Below, piece after piece: positions 35,412 through 48,800 of a stretch of 64,000 bases of DNA (position 1 is its first letter; each line of letters opens with the position of its first letter). The position numbers and the translations under genes are program-made. Where the stretch lies: NCBI GenBank assembly GCA_016748015.1, contig JAAOMT010000372.1, positions 248,001 through 312,000 on the forward strand, written 5' to 3'. Under the pieces are notes generated by a model. The model ran no database searches and had not been told where the DNA came from. It saw nothing but the letters and a program-made list of their open reading frames with translations. The DNA is from Geosiphon pyriformis uo1 (taxonomy: Eukaryota > Fungi > Glomeromycota).

Positions 35412-38400
35412 CTACACACTAATATAACCAAAAAGTCTATGGGGTATTACACTATTACACAAAGTATTCCTACCACAAAAAACATTAGTTAGTATGTTAT
35501 TACACTGTGTAAATACATTACTTATTTTGACTATGGATTTGCCAGTATTCCTACCACTATTCCTTAAAGTACTATGTATGCTGGAACCACCAGATGGATT
35601 TCTCTTGACCCTATTATCAATACCCATTGATTTTTCTCATTCAGTTTGCAATTTGCAATGTTTTCTCCACAATCTATTCCTTGCTTAAGTAACTGTCCAT
35701 TTGCACATCTTAATTAATATATTGTTGTTAGTCCTTAGGTCTATTTCAGCAAAAACATTGATTCTGCCAAATTGCTCATTGATCAATCTTTTATATAACA
35801 GATCTATATTAGACATTAACATAATGTATTCATTAGATAGCACAATCTTCTCATTGGTGTTTAGGGCTTTACGTCCCCCTTTCACAGCCTCAAATAGGCA
35901 CTGTATCCACTTATTTCTTACATTGTTAATCAGTGTCTTGCCTTTTTGGATATTCAGAGAGCATTCCCAAAAGTGTCAGTTGGTTTCCACTTCCTTGTGA
36001 CATATTTTGCAAAAATTATTCAGGTATACAAGAGGACATCTGTTGTATAGCACCTCTGCTGTTGGCAGCATATTGTGAAATAATTTCATAATAAATGTGC
36101 ACATTGCCAAAAAACCAGCTGAAGTGAAGTCTGATCCAAATCTTGGTTGTGCACATCCAGTTTATATCTTGGTTTAAAAATCCTATTGTCTCTTGGACTT
36201 TGTTGTTGCCCATCCAGTTCAAAGCTAATTGAAAACTAGTCTGTTTGCTTAAAAAATGTCTAAAATTTAGATTCAATTTAACTTCTCTACAAAGGGGAAT
36301 ATATGCAGTCTCCTTAGCATTGTAGGTCTATCTTACTGTATTAAGAATAGTAGATTCTTTGGTTAGTTTGTCAGCCTTCTTGTTTTTTAATATACCAGTA
36401 TATGCAGCTACTTTGTTCATGTTGAGATCAATTTTCTTTTCCCTTATTATTGCTCTGATTGCATTTCATATGCACCAGTTTGCAGTTTTGAGCTAATTTC
36501 TAATAAACAAGAGAAAATCTTTGGACAATCATCTTTGAGCTGTTACTATCATTGCTTGACTATCTGTGTTTATTGTTAGTTTGCATCTGTAAGGTACTGC
36601 TTCCAGAGCCAACAATACAGCCTTTGCCTCTGTTTTTGTTGATGATAATGTTTCATCAATTGCTATACCAAATTTGGCCTCTATCTCATGTATTATAAAA
36701 GCAGCCACTCTTCTTGTATTTTCAGAACCAGCTTTTACTAGTGAGCCATCTGTTGATATTTCTATTTCTTTTCTGAGTCTTAACTTCTCTTATACACTCT
36801 TCTATTGTAATAGTAAAGTGTTAGAGATATGGATGTAAATAGTGTTTTTTTGCATTGTTTCTAAATCATTTGGAATTTGGTTAGTCAGTTTGTACATCTT
36901 CAATGTTTCACATTGTGCTACCTTAATGTTCTTGTACTCATCTATAATAATTGTAGATTCTAAAATCTTAAACCATTTGAGAATTCTACCACTATTGTTT
37001 TGTCTGTACTTTTTTGTAAAGTCCATCCATATTATTAATGACTTATCTTTGTTCTGTATCTGATACAAGTACAAAATGTTTTCTTTCCTTAGTAAGCTTC
37101 TAACTTTAATGTAGGTTTCACTTAAAGGTATAATAGTCTCAATTAAATATGCCTGTGGTCTTGAAGATTCAGGTACCCTATGTGTGTTATCATTGCTCCT
37201 GAATGAGATGCCTCTTTCTTCTATTATTTGCATGATATTTGCTATAAAATTAACCTCTGGCTTAGATTGTTCACCAGTAGAATATTTAAGTATACTATGA
37301 GCTGACCATCTTTGTGTCTGTAAGTTGGCTAGTCTGATTTTTATAGCCATTTCAACAATATCAGCACTGTTTAATCTAACCAACAAATCTGTAATCTTGC
37401 TTTTTGCTTGTATATTATCAATTTTGAACAAGTTATACAAGAATAAGTAATGCATAGCACTGGCTAAGAAATCTACTGAAAGTTTTGCTTTTTTCTTTAC
37501 AGTAGCTGAAATCTTTAAAGTTCATTTTCTAGCCCAGCTATTTGGAATATGGGTCAACTGAAATCTGAATTAAATTGCTGAACTGAGTATACTGTTAAAA
37601 ATGTAAATGGCTTGTTTCTCAGTTATGTGTTTTTTCTTTATAACTGCACACACTGCTTCAATGTTAGATCTTATTATTTTTAGAACAGTTTTATTTTTTC
37701 TATCTGCTTTAATCCATACTCCCAAATATTGAGTACATGTAGATGGACCCAATAATTTCAAGATCTGTTTATTTGGACCAAATTTTAGTTGCTCAACCAT
37801 CAATGAAGGCAAGGTAATTCATTGATACCAACAGAGATTGTGTATCTGATTGATTATCTCACTTTTTCCACTTAGCTGTTAGTTTGTATCTATAACTATA
37901 GTTGGCTTGTTTTATTTCACACAATAAGGGGTTATAGAAAATCTTTCACATAATGGGTAAGCTTGTTTTCTCCTAATCCAGTCCATCTTAAACTTGATAT
38001 TTGTCACTTAACCCAAATTCAGTTATGATTCTATTGCTTTTATAGTTGTGCATCAAGCCAAATAGCTCAGTAAACTTATTGTTCATTCTTTTTAGTGCAG
38101 CTTCCATAAGTTTCCATCTCACTAAATCATATGCCTTTTTCATGTCCTGAAATGTAAACCAAAGCCTCATTATAAAATTCTTTTGTATGTTTAACTACAG
38201 CATTAATTACATAAATAAGCACTGCTGTGAAGGTATTCTTTAATACTAAGGTATTGTAACCTTTTAAGACATTATGGAGTTTACATGCTTTTGATATTCT
38301 AGCAGTTAAAATCTTTGTTAAGATTTTTCTAGTGCTTTTAATGAGTGTAATTAGCCTGGTGATGTTAATATTGCCACCACATTCTTTTGGCTTTGGAATC

Positions 38401-40173
38401 AGTATAACTTGTGCTATTTTCCACTCTTCAAACATGTTTGCTGCTTTAATACAAGCATTAAGCAATGTTTTCAGTTTAGACTTGGTATTAGGCCCAGCCT
38501 TCCTCCAAAGTTCAGCTTAAATGCCTGATGAGCCAGAAGCTTTGTTATGAGGTATGTGGTTCAATATGCATTCAAATTCCTCATTTGTTATTTCAGCCAT
38601 TACACCATCAAAGGCATGATCTGGAACGCTCTTAATCAGTTCAAATCTGTGTTCCCAACTTTTTCATAGGTCAGGCTCAAGAATTCTTGTTTTAGTCTAC
38701 CTTTGAACTTTTTTGTTTACTAGCTTTTTAATTTCATTAGGATTATCATAAAATTCGCCTTCTTCAATAACATGATTTAGTACAATTCTTTGTTTTTTTC
38801 TGTTCAGAATGCTTTTGATTATAGCTCCTTTGTTTAGATTAAAGTTTTGTTGTCTCTTGATGATATTGTCCACTATTTGTCTCTGCTGTTGTTGCCTGAT
38901 TCTAGCATGCAGTGTTGATCTGTATTCTTTCTTAATATTGAGTAATTCTATAATAAGCTTATTCTTTGGGAGAGTTATCAAATATGTATTAACTGCCTCA
39001 AGTTTCAGCTGTTTCTATTTGGCCAACAACTGCATAATATTGTTATCATGCATATCTGCATTGTTTACTCTTATTTGTTTGATTATATTAGCAACAATCT
39101 TAACAAGCTTGTGATCCATGCATTCTTTTTTTGTGTGTGCAGATTGGGCTCCCACTTTTCTCTTTGGTAGGCAATCAGCAGTTGTAATACAGTCTTTTTG
39201 ATTGTAAGCCATATCAAATTTAGATTATCATTGCTGTTATCTATTGATTTTTTTTGTGCTTCATTAGTTAATCTATTAGTTTCTTTTGCATAGATTTCTC
39301 ATTGCATTTCAGATGCTTTTTTAACATCAATTATGGTTGTGCTACTCTTCTTTCTTCCTAATCTAGATTTTTTAGTGTTTGCCAATATTCTGTCAGATCA
39401 GATAATTGTTACTACTGTTTTGTGATCAGTGCTAAATAATTCATTAACATTAATTACCCCAATGTTTGTGACCAGTAAGGCTGTAACTGCATCAGTAAAC
39501 ACATAGTCCAATTGTTTTTGTACTTTATTTGATGCCCATGTCTTTTCTGGATTGTTTGTTGTATATGTTCTATGTGTATCCACTAAATTTATATGTTGTT
39601 ATGTTGCAGCAGTTGGACAAGCTTTGGCCTTATTTGTAGCATATGTTTCCTTAAGTGATTTGAATAACAGATCTTCATTCAAATTACCTGCAACTATGAT
39701 TATCTCTTTGTTTTGCATAATGTCTCCCAAAAGTTTCTTGATTTTTTTAGCCACTGCTTTTTTAATAGACAATTTGGAAGCAGACATATACAGTTTTACT
39801 ATGTGCACACTGATTCTACCTCTAAATTTTAACCCCAAATGTAACAGTCTCCCATGATATTCCTTAATTGTTTCTACATGGTGTATCCAACATTTTTTGA
39901 CCAGTATACCAACACCAGTTTCCATTTGTTTCTCTGTGCTTAACTCCCAAAAGGCATGATATTTATCAAAACCAAAAAATACACCTTTTTTTTTTGTTGA
40001 AGTCATTTAGTTTCTGTAATAATTACAAAGTCAAATTGTTCTTCAATAACCCAACATAGCACCTCTTTAGCTTTACCAGGATTATTAAGCCCTTTAACAT
40101 TAACAGTACCAATTTTCCAAATGTTGTTATTGGAGTAGTTCTGTTTTATGTTGGAATCAAATGTGCTACACAT
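35412..40173 (-). pseudogene. LINE-Xa ORF2 (APE, RT, RNase H, C-terminal CCHC)
   Basis: TVNVKGL, AGNLNED, LDYVF, TDHK (APE). WK.AQVILIPK, QDMKKAYD (RT). TDGS, NTDSQ, KVAA.TG..N.KADKL (RH). CKIC..ETN.HFWEC. Confidence 0.9.
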
Positions 40174-42441
40174 TATCTGTTTTCATAGATTTAGATTCTC
40201 CAGCAGTAGAACTGCTCCAGCTCCCCTGTTTTTTCACTTGTTTCAATAACCCCAGAATGGGTTCCAATGTTTTTTTAATTCCTTTGATTTCCAATTCTGG
40301 ATTGTATGCCTCTTTTTTTCCTGCCAGAGTAGATTTAAATATAATATTTTGGCTTGATAATTTATTTTCTGTCTCTTCTTTTTCTTTTAAGATGTTACTT
40401 GGCTGTTAAGTACCTATTACTTCTTTTTCTTTCTCTATTGTTACTCCAAGTTTGGCAGCCACTGTATTCAGCAGTTTTGCCATTTTATCAACCTGCTTTT
40501 TCAATTCATCAATTTCAGTCTTCCATGGTTGGTTGACTCCTTTTTTTGATTGTTCTTCCTTATTATTCACTTGTGAACCAGATTTCTGAGCATTGTTTAA
40601 ATTGATGTTGTTCCAATTATGGAGCAGTCTGAGTGCAGCCATATTAGCATATGATCTTCTACCAAAGGTCTTGATGTTTTCTTCTGGAACATTTTTCTTA
40701 ACATACAGCTTTGTCAACCTAATATTGTTGGTAACTTTCTTGGTATCTCCTTCTTTCTTCTTATGCAGGATTGGACATTTTGAGACCAAATGCCCCACTT
40801 GATAACAGAAGTGGTACTCTTTAGCATCAGTAGGCACCCAGTGGACCAGTGTGTTACAATTACCAAGGACTTTTTGGTGGCATTGTTGTGATTAGCTTCA
40901 TTGTCAAATTCTATGTAAGCACAGCCCATCCTTGTATAATTCTTACTAGTTCTTGGGATGAAGCAGGATTGGGCTTTGATTTGATCCAGAGTGGTGCTCA
41001 AATAGTGAGCAGTACAGTTTTGTGATAGGCTCACCAATTTAGCTTCTCAGGCTTTTCTCTGCTCAATGATCTTCTGGGTTCCAATCATTGGGTAAATTCT
41101 GACCACATTTTTTCTGACCATGGTCAACTATTGATTTACAGCTCTGGTAGTCTCTTCTTGGTTGTTATATTCAATCACTGCTGATTGCTATTTGCCAGCC
41201 ACTTTGATTTGGATTTTTTTGATCTTACCAAATTCTTTCATGGCAGCCCTTATCTCTCTGTCAGAAATGCCCAAGGGAATATCTCTTACCAATACTTTTT
41301 TTTGACCAGCCATTTGGTTGTTGACACCATCAGTAGCCATCAAAAAGAATTTAATTTTATTATTTGCCAGAATTTTTCTGGCTTGGTTTCTTTCAGCCAC
41401 TTGGAAAAAATCAACTCTGATTTTTTGGTTTCTAGCCATTACAGCCCCCAAAAGGTACCTAACATTTCCTAAAAGATCATAAATCTACCCTACTTTCTTT
41501 TCCATGATCTTTTCAGGTATGTCTAATGCTTGCACAAAAAGTACATGTCTTTTGGTACCATAAACTACTGTTCTCCATCTTTTCTTTTGGTTTGCTTCCA
41601 TAAGCATAGGTTTTTTGCCAAGTGATTTACTACTGTATTGTTCTGGACTTAGACTAACCATTCTGCTTAATAGACTTAATTCAGAGTCTTCTATGTCTTC
41701 TGCAGTATCATTCACATTAGACTTATTTCTGTTTGTGTCAAATGGATTGTCCATTTGCTTTTTATTCTCTATTGCAGAATTTTCTCTGTTGATCCTGTCC
41801 AAAATATTAAGATTGCACTTCCTCAGAGCTGCTTCTATTTGTGCAGCTCTTTCTCTGTCTTCTTTAAGCACTTTGAATGGTTTATCCAATTTTTTCAGGG
41901 ACTTTGAGGCTCTTTTTTCACTAGTCTAAGCTTCTATTTGGAATTTGTTGCTGTTTCCACTTTTGTTAAACATTGGTTGCAAGACAAAGTTTTTGGTTTA
42001 GACAGATGTGGTTTTGGGTAAGTCTTCTTCAGTTATTTGGTTGAATTTCTCAGTTAAACCTTTTATGCTTATTCTTTCAATGTGTCTGTATTTTTTGTTG
42101 ATCTTTTCTTTTAATTTGTTAGCTGTTATTGGAGAAAAGTCTGCTGCTCTCCTATGTAGAGCTGTTTTTTTTGATATGTTGGCTATTTTAAAGGGTGTAT
42201 TGTCTCCACTACTTGTGTTCACACTTCCAAATAGTCTATTGGTAGTTTTAAATTTAAATGGAGGTGTATTAAGTCTTGCAGTTTCCACAGTTGATAAATT
42301 TTGTGGATTAGTGTTAATCTCTTCTCTTTTAGCAGTGGAAGTTATGTTTCCCTCCACTTGGTATTCACTATCAATAATCTCTACACTTGTACTTCTTTGT
42401 GTAACTGGTGTTACTTCACTGTTGACATTGTTATCAGACAC
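40166..42441 (-). pseudogene. LINE-Xa ORF1 (RRM-like domains, zinc knuckle, coiled coil)
   Basis: VLVRDIPLG..MKEFGKI, CFIPRT..CAYIEF, (C)HFCYQVGHLVSKC. Confidence 0.85.
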
Positions 42442-43334
42442 TTTTAAGTCTGTTGTGTTAATAATAATAATTTATTATAATTAAAGGTTTCTTTGCAAAA
42501 ACTTATTTTTCCAAATTTAAGGCATAGTAAATTGTGTGATAGCAGTCAAAAAGAGAAAAAAGTTTTTGCTTTCTTGTATGAATCCAAGATTTTTCATCTG
42601 GTTTATCTCTTTCTTGATAAATTCATCATTGTATTGATTAGATTGATAAGATTTCAAATGGATGGGGCAAGTTTCTTTGGTGGTGATAGTGTGTTGTATC
42701 ACATGGGTTTATCTAGAGGTGTCATTTTCTTTTGAAATAACTGGGCTATTTCTAGCCAACAGATTTTCAATGTCTATTTTTCTTTCTTTAGAGGAAGGTT
42801 CTCTTTGTTTTATAACTAGTAATTGGATTTCAGGTGGTTTACTCTCAAAAGACTTTTGTACTTCTTTAAGTTTTTCTCGAGGTATCAAGCTAATTGGTTT
42901 TCAATCTTTGTAATAAATCAGACAAGATTTGCATTCATTACTTGGTAAATACAAAAGTTTATTACACCAGCACTGTGCACAAAGGCCATGCCACCAATAA
43001 CTGTATTTGGCTTTCTTGCCAGGTTTTCTGTCAAAGGTTCTTCTGAAGATATCATAGTAGGACCAGCAGATTAGCTTGTCATTTACCATGATTCTTTTTT
43101 TGTCAGCTTTAATATTGTTCAGTGGCTTGCCATTGCTGGTGAAGATAGTATAAGTGAGTTTAGCAGTTTCTTCTGGTTCTTTTTGATCTTCATTATTGCT
43201 TTTATCATCATCTGATTTATTTGATTGTTCTTCTTCTTGGTTCTGTTTGGTTGCTAGAAGAGTTTTTTTATTTTTTGTTAATGTGTAGCCATACTGGTTT
43301 TTTATTAGTTTAGTCACACTCAAAAAGCATGACC

Positions 43335-45770
43335 TTTTTTTTTTTTTTTTTGTTAACATGTAGCCATGCTAATCATTTATTAGCTAAGCCACAGTAATGT
43401 GGCAGTTTCATAAAGCCAGCTTACCCAATAATACAAAAATTACAAAATACAGCTAACCACAAATGGAAAGCCCTAACTACATACTAATACTATATATGCT
43501 ACTCAATGTATTAAACATATCTAATTCATACATCTTACCCATGATGCTAATAAGCTCATGACTATTCTTAACCATACTACTCATCCACTTAACAGTTAGA
43601 TCAGAACTGGATTTGATACTGGATGGCTGATCTTTCCATAAATGCATCATAACATCAAAGTATTATCATAAACAGAGAAATCTTTATCTTCAACATTATC
43701 ATTATCATTATCATCCATGTCATCATTATCTAACACATCTTCCAAGCAGGCCTGTTCATACTTTTTCTTAAGGCATGTTATTCTTTTCTGCATCACAATA
43801 ACAATAGCAGCCAAGTCTTTATTTTGCCCAGCCAATCCAGTCACACTTTTTTTAACTAACATATTTACAGCAGGTGGAGTAAACAACAATTTGGTAACTA
43901 AAACAACTAGAACACCAATAGGCTCAACCAAGAATTTTATTAGCAAAGACAATTTACCAAGATGGGATTCCAGAAAAGCCAATCTAGCTTTAACAGCAAT
44001 ATTAATAACAGAAAGAGCAACAAACAACATGAGTATAGTAGTTGGGAAGGAACCACTAAGATCCAGATTCATATTAGCAGCAGCAACAATAGGAGGAACC
44101 ACAACAGCAGCAGCTTTGGCATAAGATTTGGATTCAGCAAATAAAGATTTGAAAACTTTGAGGCCACCAAAGAAGTTAGAAGAGACTTTGGAAGGAAGAA
44201 GTGATGACACCTTGCATTCTAAAGCCAAATAGTCCAGACCTTGACATCTATAGCAGTGGTGATATTCAGGAGTTTCTCACCAGATACAGCAGCCACGTAA
44301 AATACCAGTTTTAAAAACAGCAATGTTCAAGAATTCCAAGGAATCAAAGATAACCACAGCAAAATGTTAATGTCAGTATGACTCAGGAGAGCGAGGAATG
44401 AAACAGGTATGGCCACCAACTTGAGAGACCAAATTATTTATCTCAAAGACAGTATAGCCAAAAGGAAGATTGACCAACTTGGCTTTGAAAGCATCTCTTG
44501 AAGTAATAACCTTATTTTGGTTGACTAAAGATAGAATTCTAATACTGTCCTTTTTTACCAGCATTGACTAATGAGTAAGAGCAGCAGCAGCAAAAAAAGT
44601 GTTTTTAAAATGAACCACAGCATATTGCCATAAGCCAACAGGCTTTAACTTGACAGAAGTGACAACACCAAAAATGCCAAGAACAGATTTGATGTCATTA
44701 GAAAAAGTACCCAAAGGTACATTATGAAGTACAATTAACAAGGAAGAAAAAGAAACAGAGACCACACTAAAAGATCATGCAATCTTAAGAGTGGTCAAAA
44801 AAATCTTATTACCAATGGCCACTTTGGTGGCACTATTTAGACTCTCTTGAGATGCAAATTCCATACAGAACAACTTAACAGCATCTTGTGAAACAGAATT
44901 AAGTTCAATACAACCAGGCAGCAACTGAAACAAGGAACTGAGCAAGGCCAACTTGATCTTAAAAGTAGCACCAGGTACAAGATTGGAGGCCACCCAATCA
45001 GAGAACCTTTGATGACCATTTACATTCTCCCAAGCACCACCATCAGCAGCACCAGAAATTAGAAAAGAAGCAGTTGATTCCATTTCTATCTGATCAGCCC
45101 AATCTTTGAGATCATCTAAAATAATGGGCTGTTTTGCTACTGGGATTGACAATGATCTGCTAGAGAGTATCACATTAGGCAACACAGCCAGTGGTTGATC
45201 TTGGCCCATCTTGGAAGATGTGCTGCTGCTGTTGTCATCCATATCAAGAAGAGGGCTGGCTGCTGATGTAGAAATCTTACCAAAGATCTTATCTGGAACC
45301 ACAAAGGGGTTTGGTATGACCATAGTAGTTGCGACTGCCTGCTGCTGTTTTTTGGAATTTTTAGCTTTAATGGTCATTTGTAAAGCAGAAGTAATAGTAA
45401 TAGTAAGAATGGTAAAAGTAGAAAAGACCAACTTGTTAACTAGTCTGTTGTTAAAAATCTTTGGGCTTTTTGAAGTGGTGGAGACAACACTGGAACAAAC
45501 CCAAGTGTGTCTTTTTGAAAGAACTTTAACTAAAAAAGAACTTCTAGCCAAAAGAGAAGAAAATGAACCAGAAGCTGCTAAAGGCAGTCTTTCACTAATA
45601 TTTTTCAAAAAAAATGTAGCCAAAACATTTTGTTTAGCTGCTTCAATAATTGAGAGACCCTCTCATGTTGAAACTTTATTAGTTACTATAGAAAAAGTAA
45701 CATTTGCAACTTTTTTACTCTTAGCTCTAATTGTAGTTATAAAAATTAGGAGAGAAAGAGTTTTTTTTTT
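43335..45770 (-). mobile_element. ORF1-only non-autonomous LINE (HL-b, HAL1-like), 2.4 kb
   Basis: Poly(A) at 43335-43351. TSD GYATGAC(Y)TTT at 43327 and 45771. Single ORF at about 43477-45740 with RRM-like domains and a CYRC..(H>Y)LALEC knuckle. No APE or RT. The 3' tail is homologous to LINE-X. Confidence 0.85.
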
Positions 45771-45849
45771 GTATGACTTTTTCATAAAGCCAACTCACCC
45801 AATAATCTAAATTACAAGATGTGGCTAATTATTAAGTAGTCATGTCTAA

Positions 45850-48800
45850 CTACATACTAGTATAACCAAAAAATTTATGGGATATCACACTATTATACAA
45901 AGTACTCTTATCACAAAAAACATTAGTTAGTATATTATTATATTGTGTGAATACATTACTTATTTTGCCTATGGGTTTGCTGGTATTTCCACCACCATTT
46001 ATTGATGTGTTATGTATTGTTATGAGTTGAAGTAACAAGCTAACAGATAGCAAGGGAGAACAGGATTGTAGGGTGATGGAAATAATCAAAGGAGAATTCA
46101 ACTTTAAAGAGTGAATTAAATGAGTATGGATTCAATGTGTGAGATGAGTCTCATAAAATATCTCAGTCGCTATTTTTTTCAAAGGTAACTGGGGAATCTG
46201 AAGGTAGAGGGATAGTCCATACTGTCAACAATTGATTACTGCTGGTATTAATTCTATGCCTTCATGTCAGCACTCTTAGAATTCAATATCAGGTATCAAC
46301 TTGTGCTCTTTAGTCACGTTTATACAAATAGTTTTCAAATACTACAATTATTCAAACAGAAAAAGGCCAACAAGTAATCTTTTATCCTAAGATGTTCAGA
46401 TACTTGAAGGTAAAAAAAGGGAAATTAGTGATAAGAGAGTGATTGAGATGAAAGTTGTTATTTTTTTTTATTTAATTCTTGTCTAAGAGATGGTTTTCTA
46501 TAGCTAAGAGATTCATCACTTATATAGCTATTGAAAGTGGTCAATGATCAGATCAACGGTCAGGTCATTAATTAGGTTAATAATCACTATCTAAAAATAG
46601 AGTGGCTAATTATATGACATCAGTGGCTAATACATGTGATAACTAATAAAAATTATGGGTTTTAACCATAACAGTATGTTGAATCCAACAGATAGATTTC
46701 TTTTGACCCTGTTATGAATACTCATTGCTTTTTTCTATTCAGTTTGCAATTTGCAATACTCTCTTCACAATCTATTCCTTGCTTGAGTAACTGTCTATTT
46801 ATACATCTTAATTAAAATATTATTGTTAGTCTTTAGGTTAATATTAGCAAAAGCATTAAATCTTCCAAATTGCTTATTGATTAATCCTCTACACAGCAGA
46901 TCTATGTTAAACATTAACTTGATGTATTCATTAGACAGCACAATCTTCTTATTAGTGTTTAAGGCTTTATGTTCCCCTTCCACAGTCTCTGAGAGGCACT
47001 GTATTAACTTATCTCTTATGTCATTAATCAGTGTCTTGTCTTTTTGAATGTTCAGAAAGCACTCTCAAAAGTGCCAGTTGGTTTCCACTTCTTTGTAACA
47101 CATTTTGCAAAGATTGTTTAGATATACAAGGGAATGTCTGTTGTATAGCACCTCTGCTGTTGACAGCATATTGTAAAATGATTTCATAATAAATATGCGC
47201 ATTGCTAAAGAACCAGTTAAGGTGAAGTCTAATGACATTTTACCATTCCAGTTCTAAATCTTGGTTGTACATGCCCAGTTTATATCTAGGTTTAAGAAAC
47301 CTAATGTTTCTTGGATTTTGTTGTTGCCTATCCAATCCAAAGCTGCTTGAAAACTAGTTTGTTCACTCAGAAAATGTCTGATATTTAGATCCAATTCAAC
47401 TCCTCTGCTAAGGAGAATGTATGCAATTATCTTAGCATTATAAGTCCACTCCACTGTGTCAAGATTGGTAGATTTTTTGGCAAGTTTGTTAGCCTTCTCA
47501 TTTTTTAACAAACCAGTATGTGCAGCCACTTTGTTCATGTTGAGATCAATTTTTTTTTCCTATATTATTGCTCTGATTGCATTCCATGTATATTAGTTTA
47601 AAGTTTTAAGCTGATTTTTAATTAACAAAAGAGAATTTTTGGATAACCATTTTTGAGCTGTTGACATCACTGCTTGTGTTTATTATTAATTTGCATTTGT
47701 AAGGTACTGCTTCCAAAGCCAATAATACAGTCTTTGCTTCTGTTTTTGTTGATGACAATGTTCCATCAACAGCTACACCAAATTTGGCCTCTATTCCATG
47801 TATTATGAAAGCAGCTGCCCTTCTTATATTATCAAAACCAGCTTTTATCAGCAAGCTATCTATTGATATTTCTATTTCTTTCTTAAGTCTTAACTTCTTT
47901 TATACAACTTTTTATTGTGATAATAAAGTGTTAGGGATATAAATGTAAATAGCATCTCTTTCCATTGTTTCCAAATCATCTGGTATTTGGTTAGTCAGTT
48001 TGTGCATTCCTAAAACTTCATATTGTGCTATATTAATATTCCTGTGTTCATCTATAATGATCATAGACTCCAAAATTCTGAACCATCTGGGAATTCTACC
48101 ACTATCATTTTGTCTGTATTTTCTTGTGAAGTCTATCCATGTCATCAACAACTCATCTTTGTTTTGTATCTAATGCAAGTACAAAATGTTCTCTTTTCTT
48201 AGTAAGCTTTTAACTTTGATGTAGATTGTACTCAAAAGTATGATAATCTTAATTAAATATGTCTGTGGTTTTGAAAATTCAGGTATCCCATGTGTATTAT
48301 CATTGTTCTTGAATAAGATGCCTCTTTCCTCCATTATCTGCATAATATTAGCTATTAGATTAACTCCTGGCCTAGATTGTTCATTGATAGAATATTCAAG
48401 CATACTATGAGCTGATTATCTTTGTGTCTGTAAGTTAACTAGTCTGATTTTTGTAGCCATTCTAACAATATCAGAACTGTTCAATCTAATCAACAAATCT
48501 GTAATCTTGTTTTTTGCTTGTATATCCTCAATTTTGAACAAGTTATACAAGAATGAGTGGTGCATGGCACTGGCTGGGAAATCTTGCCTTTTTTTTTACA
48601 GTGGCTAAAATCTTTGAAGTTCATTTTCTAGTCCAACTATTTGGAATATAGGTCAATTGAGATCTGAATTCTATTGTAGGACTGAGTACACTATTAAAAA
48701 TGTAAATGGCCTGTTTTTCAGTAATGTGTTTTTTTCTGATAACTGTACATATTGCTTCAATATCAGATCCTATCATTTTTAGAACAGTTTCATTTTTTCC

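Larger units (their letters stand above)
35272..42569 (-). mobile_element. Full-length LINE-Xa (ORF1 + APE-RT-RNaseH ORF2), about 7.3 kb
   Basis: Poly(A) tail at 35272. About 16-bp TSD TTTCTTGTATRAATYC at 35256-35271 and 42570-42585. Confidence 0.93.

Noticed and set aside
45211-45810. Antisense ORFs over the half-LINE (also 20648-21199, 43717-44124)
   Set aside because: Same shadow effect opposite a low-complexity ORF1.
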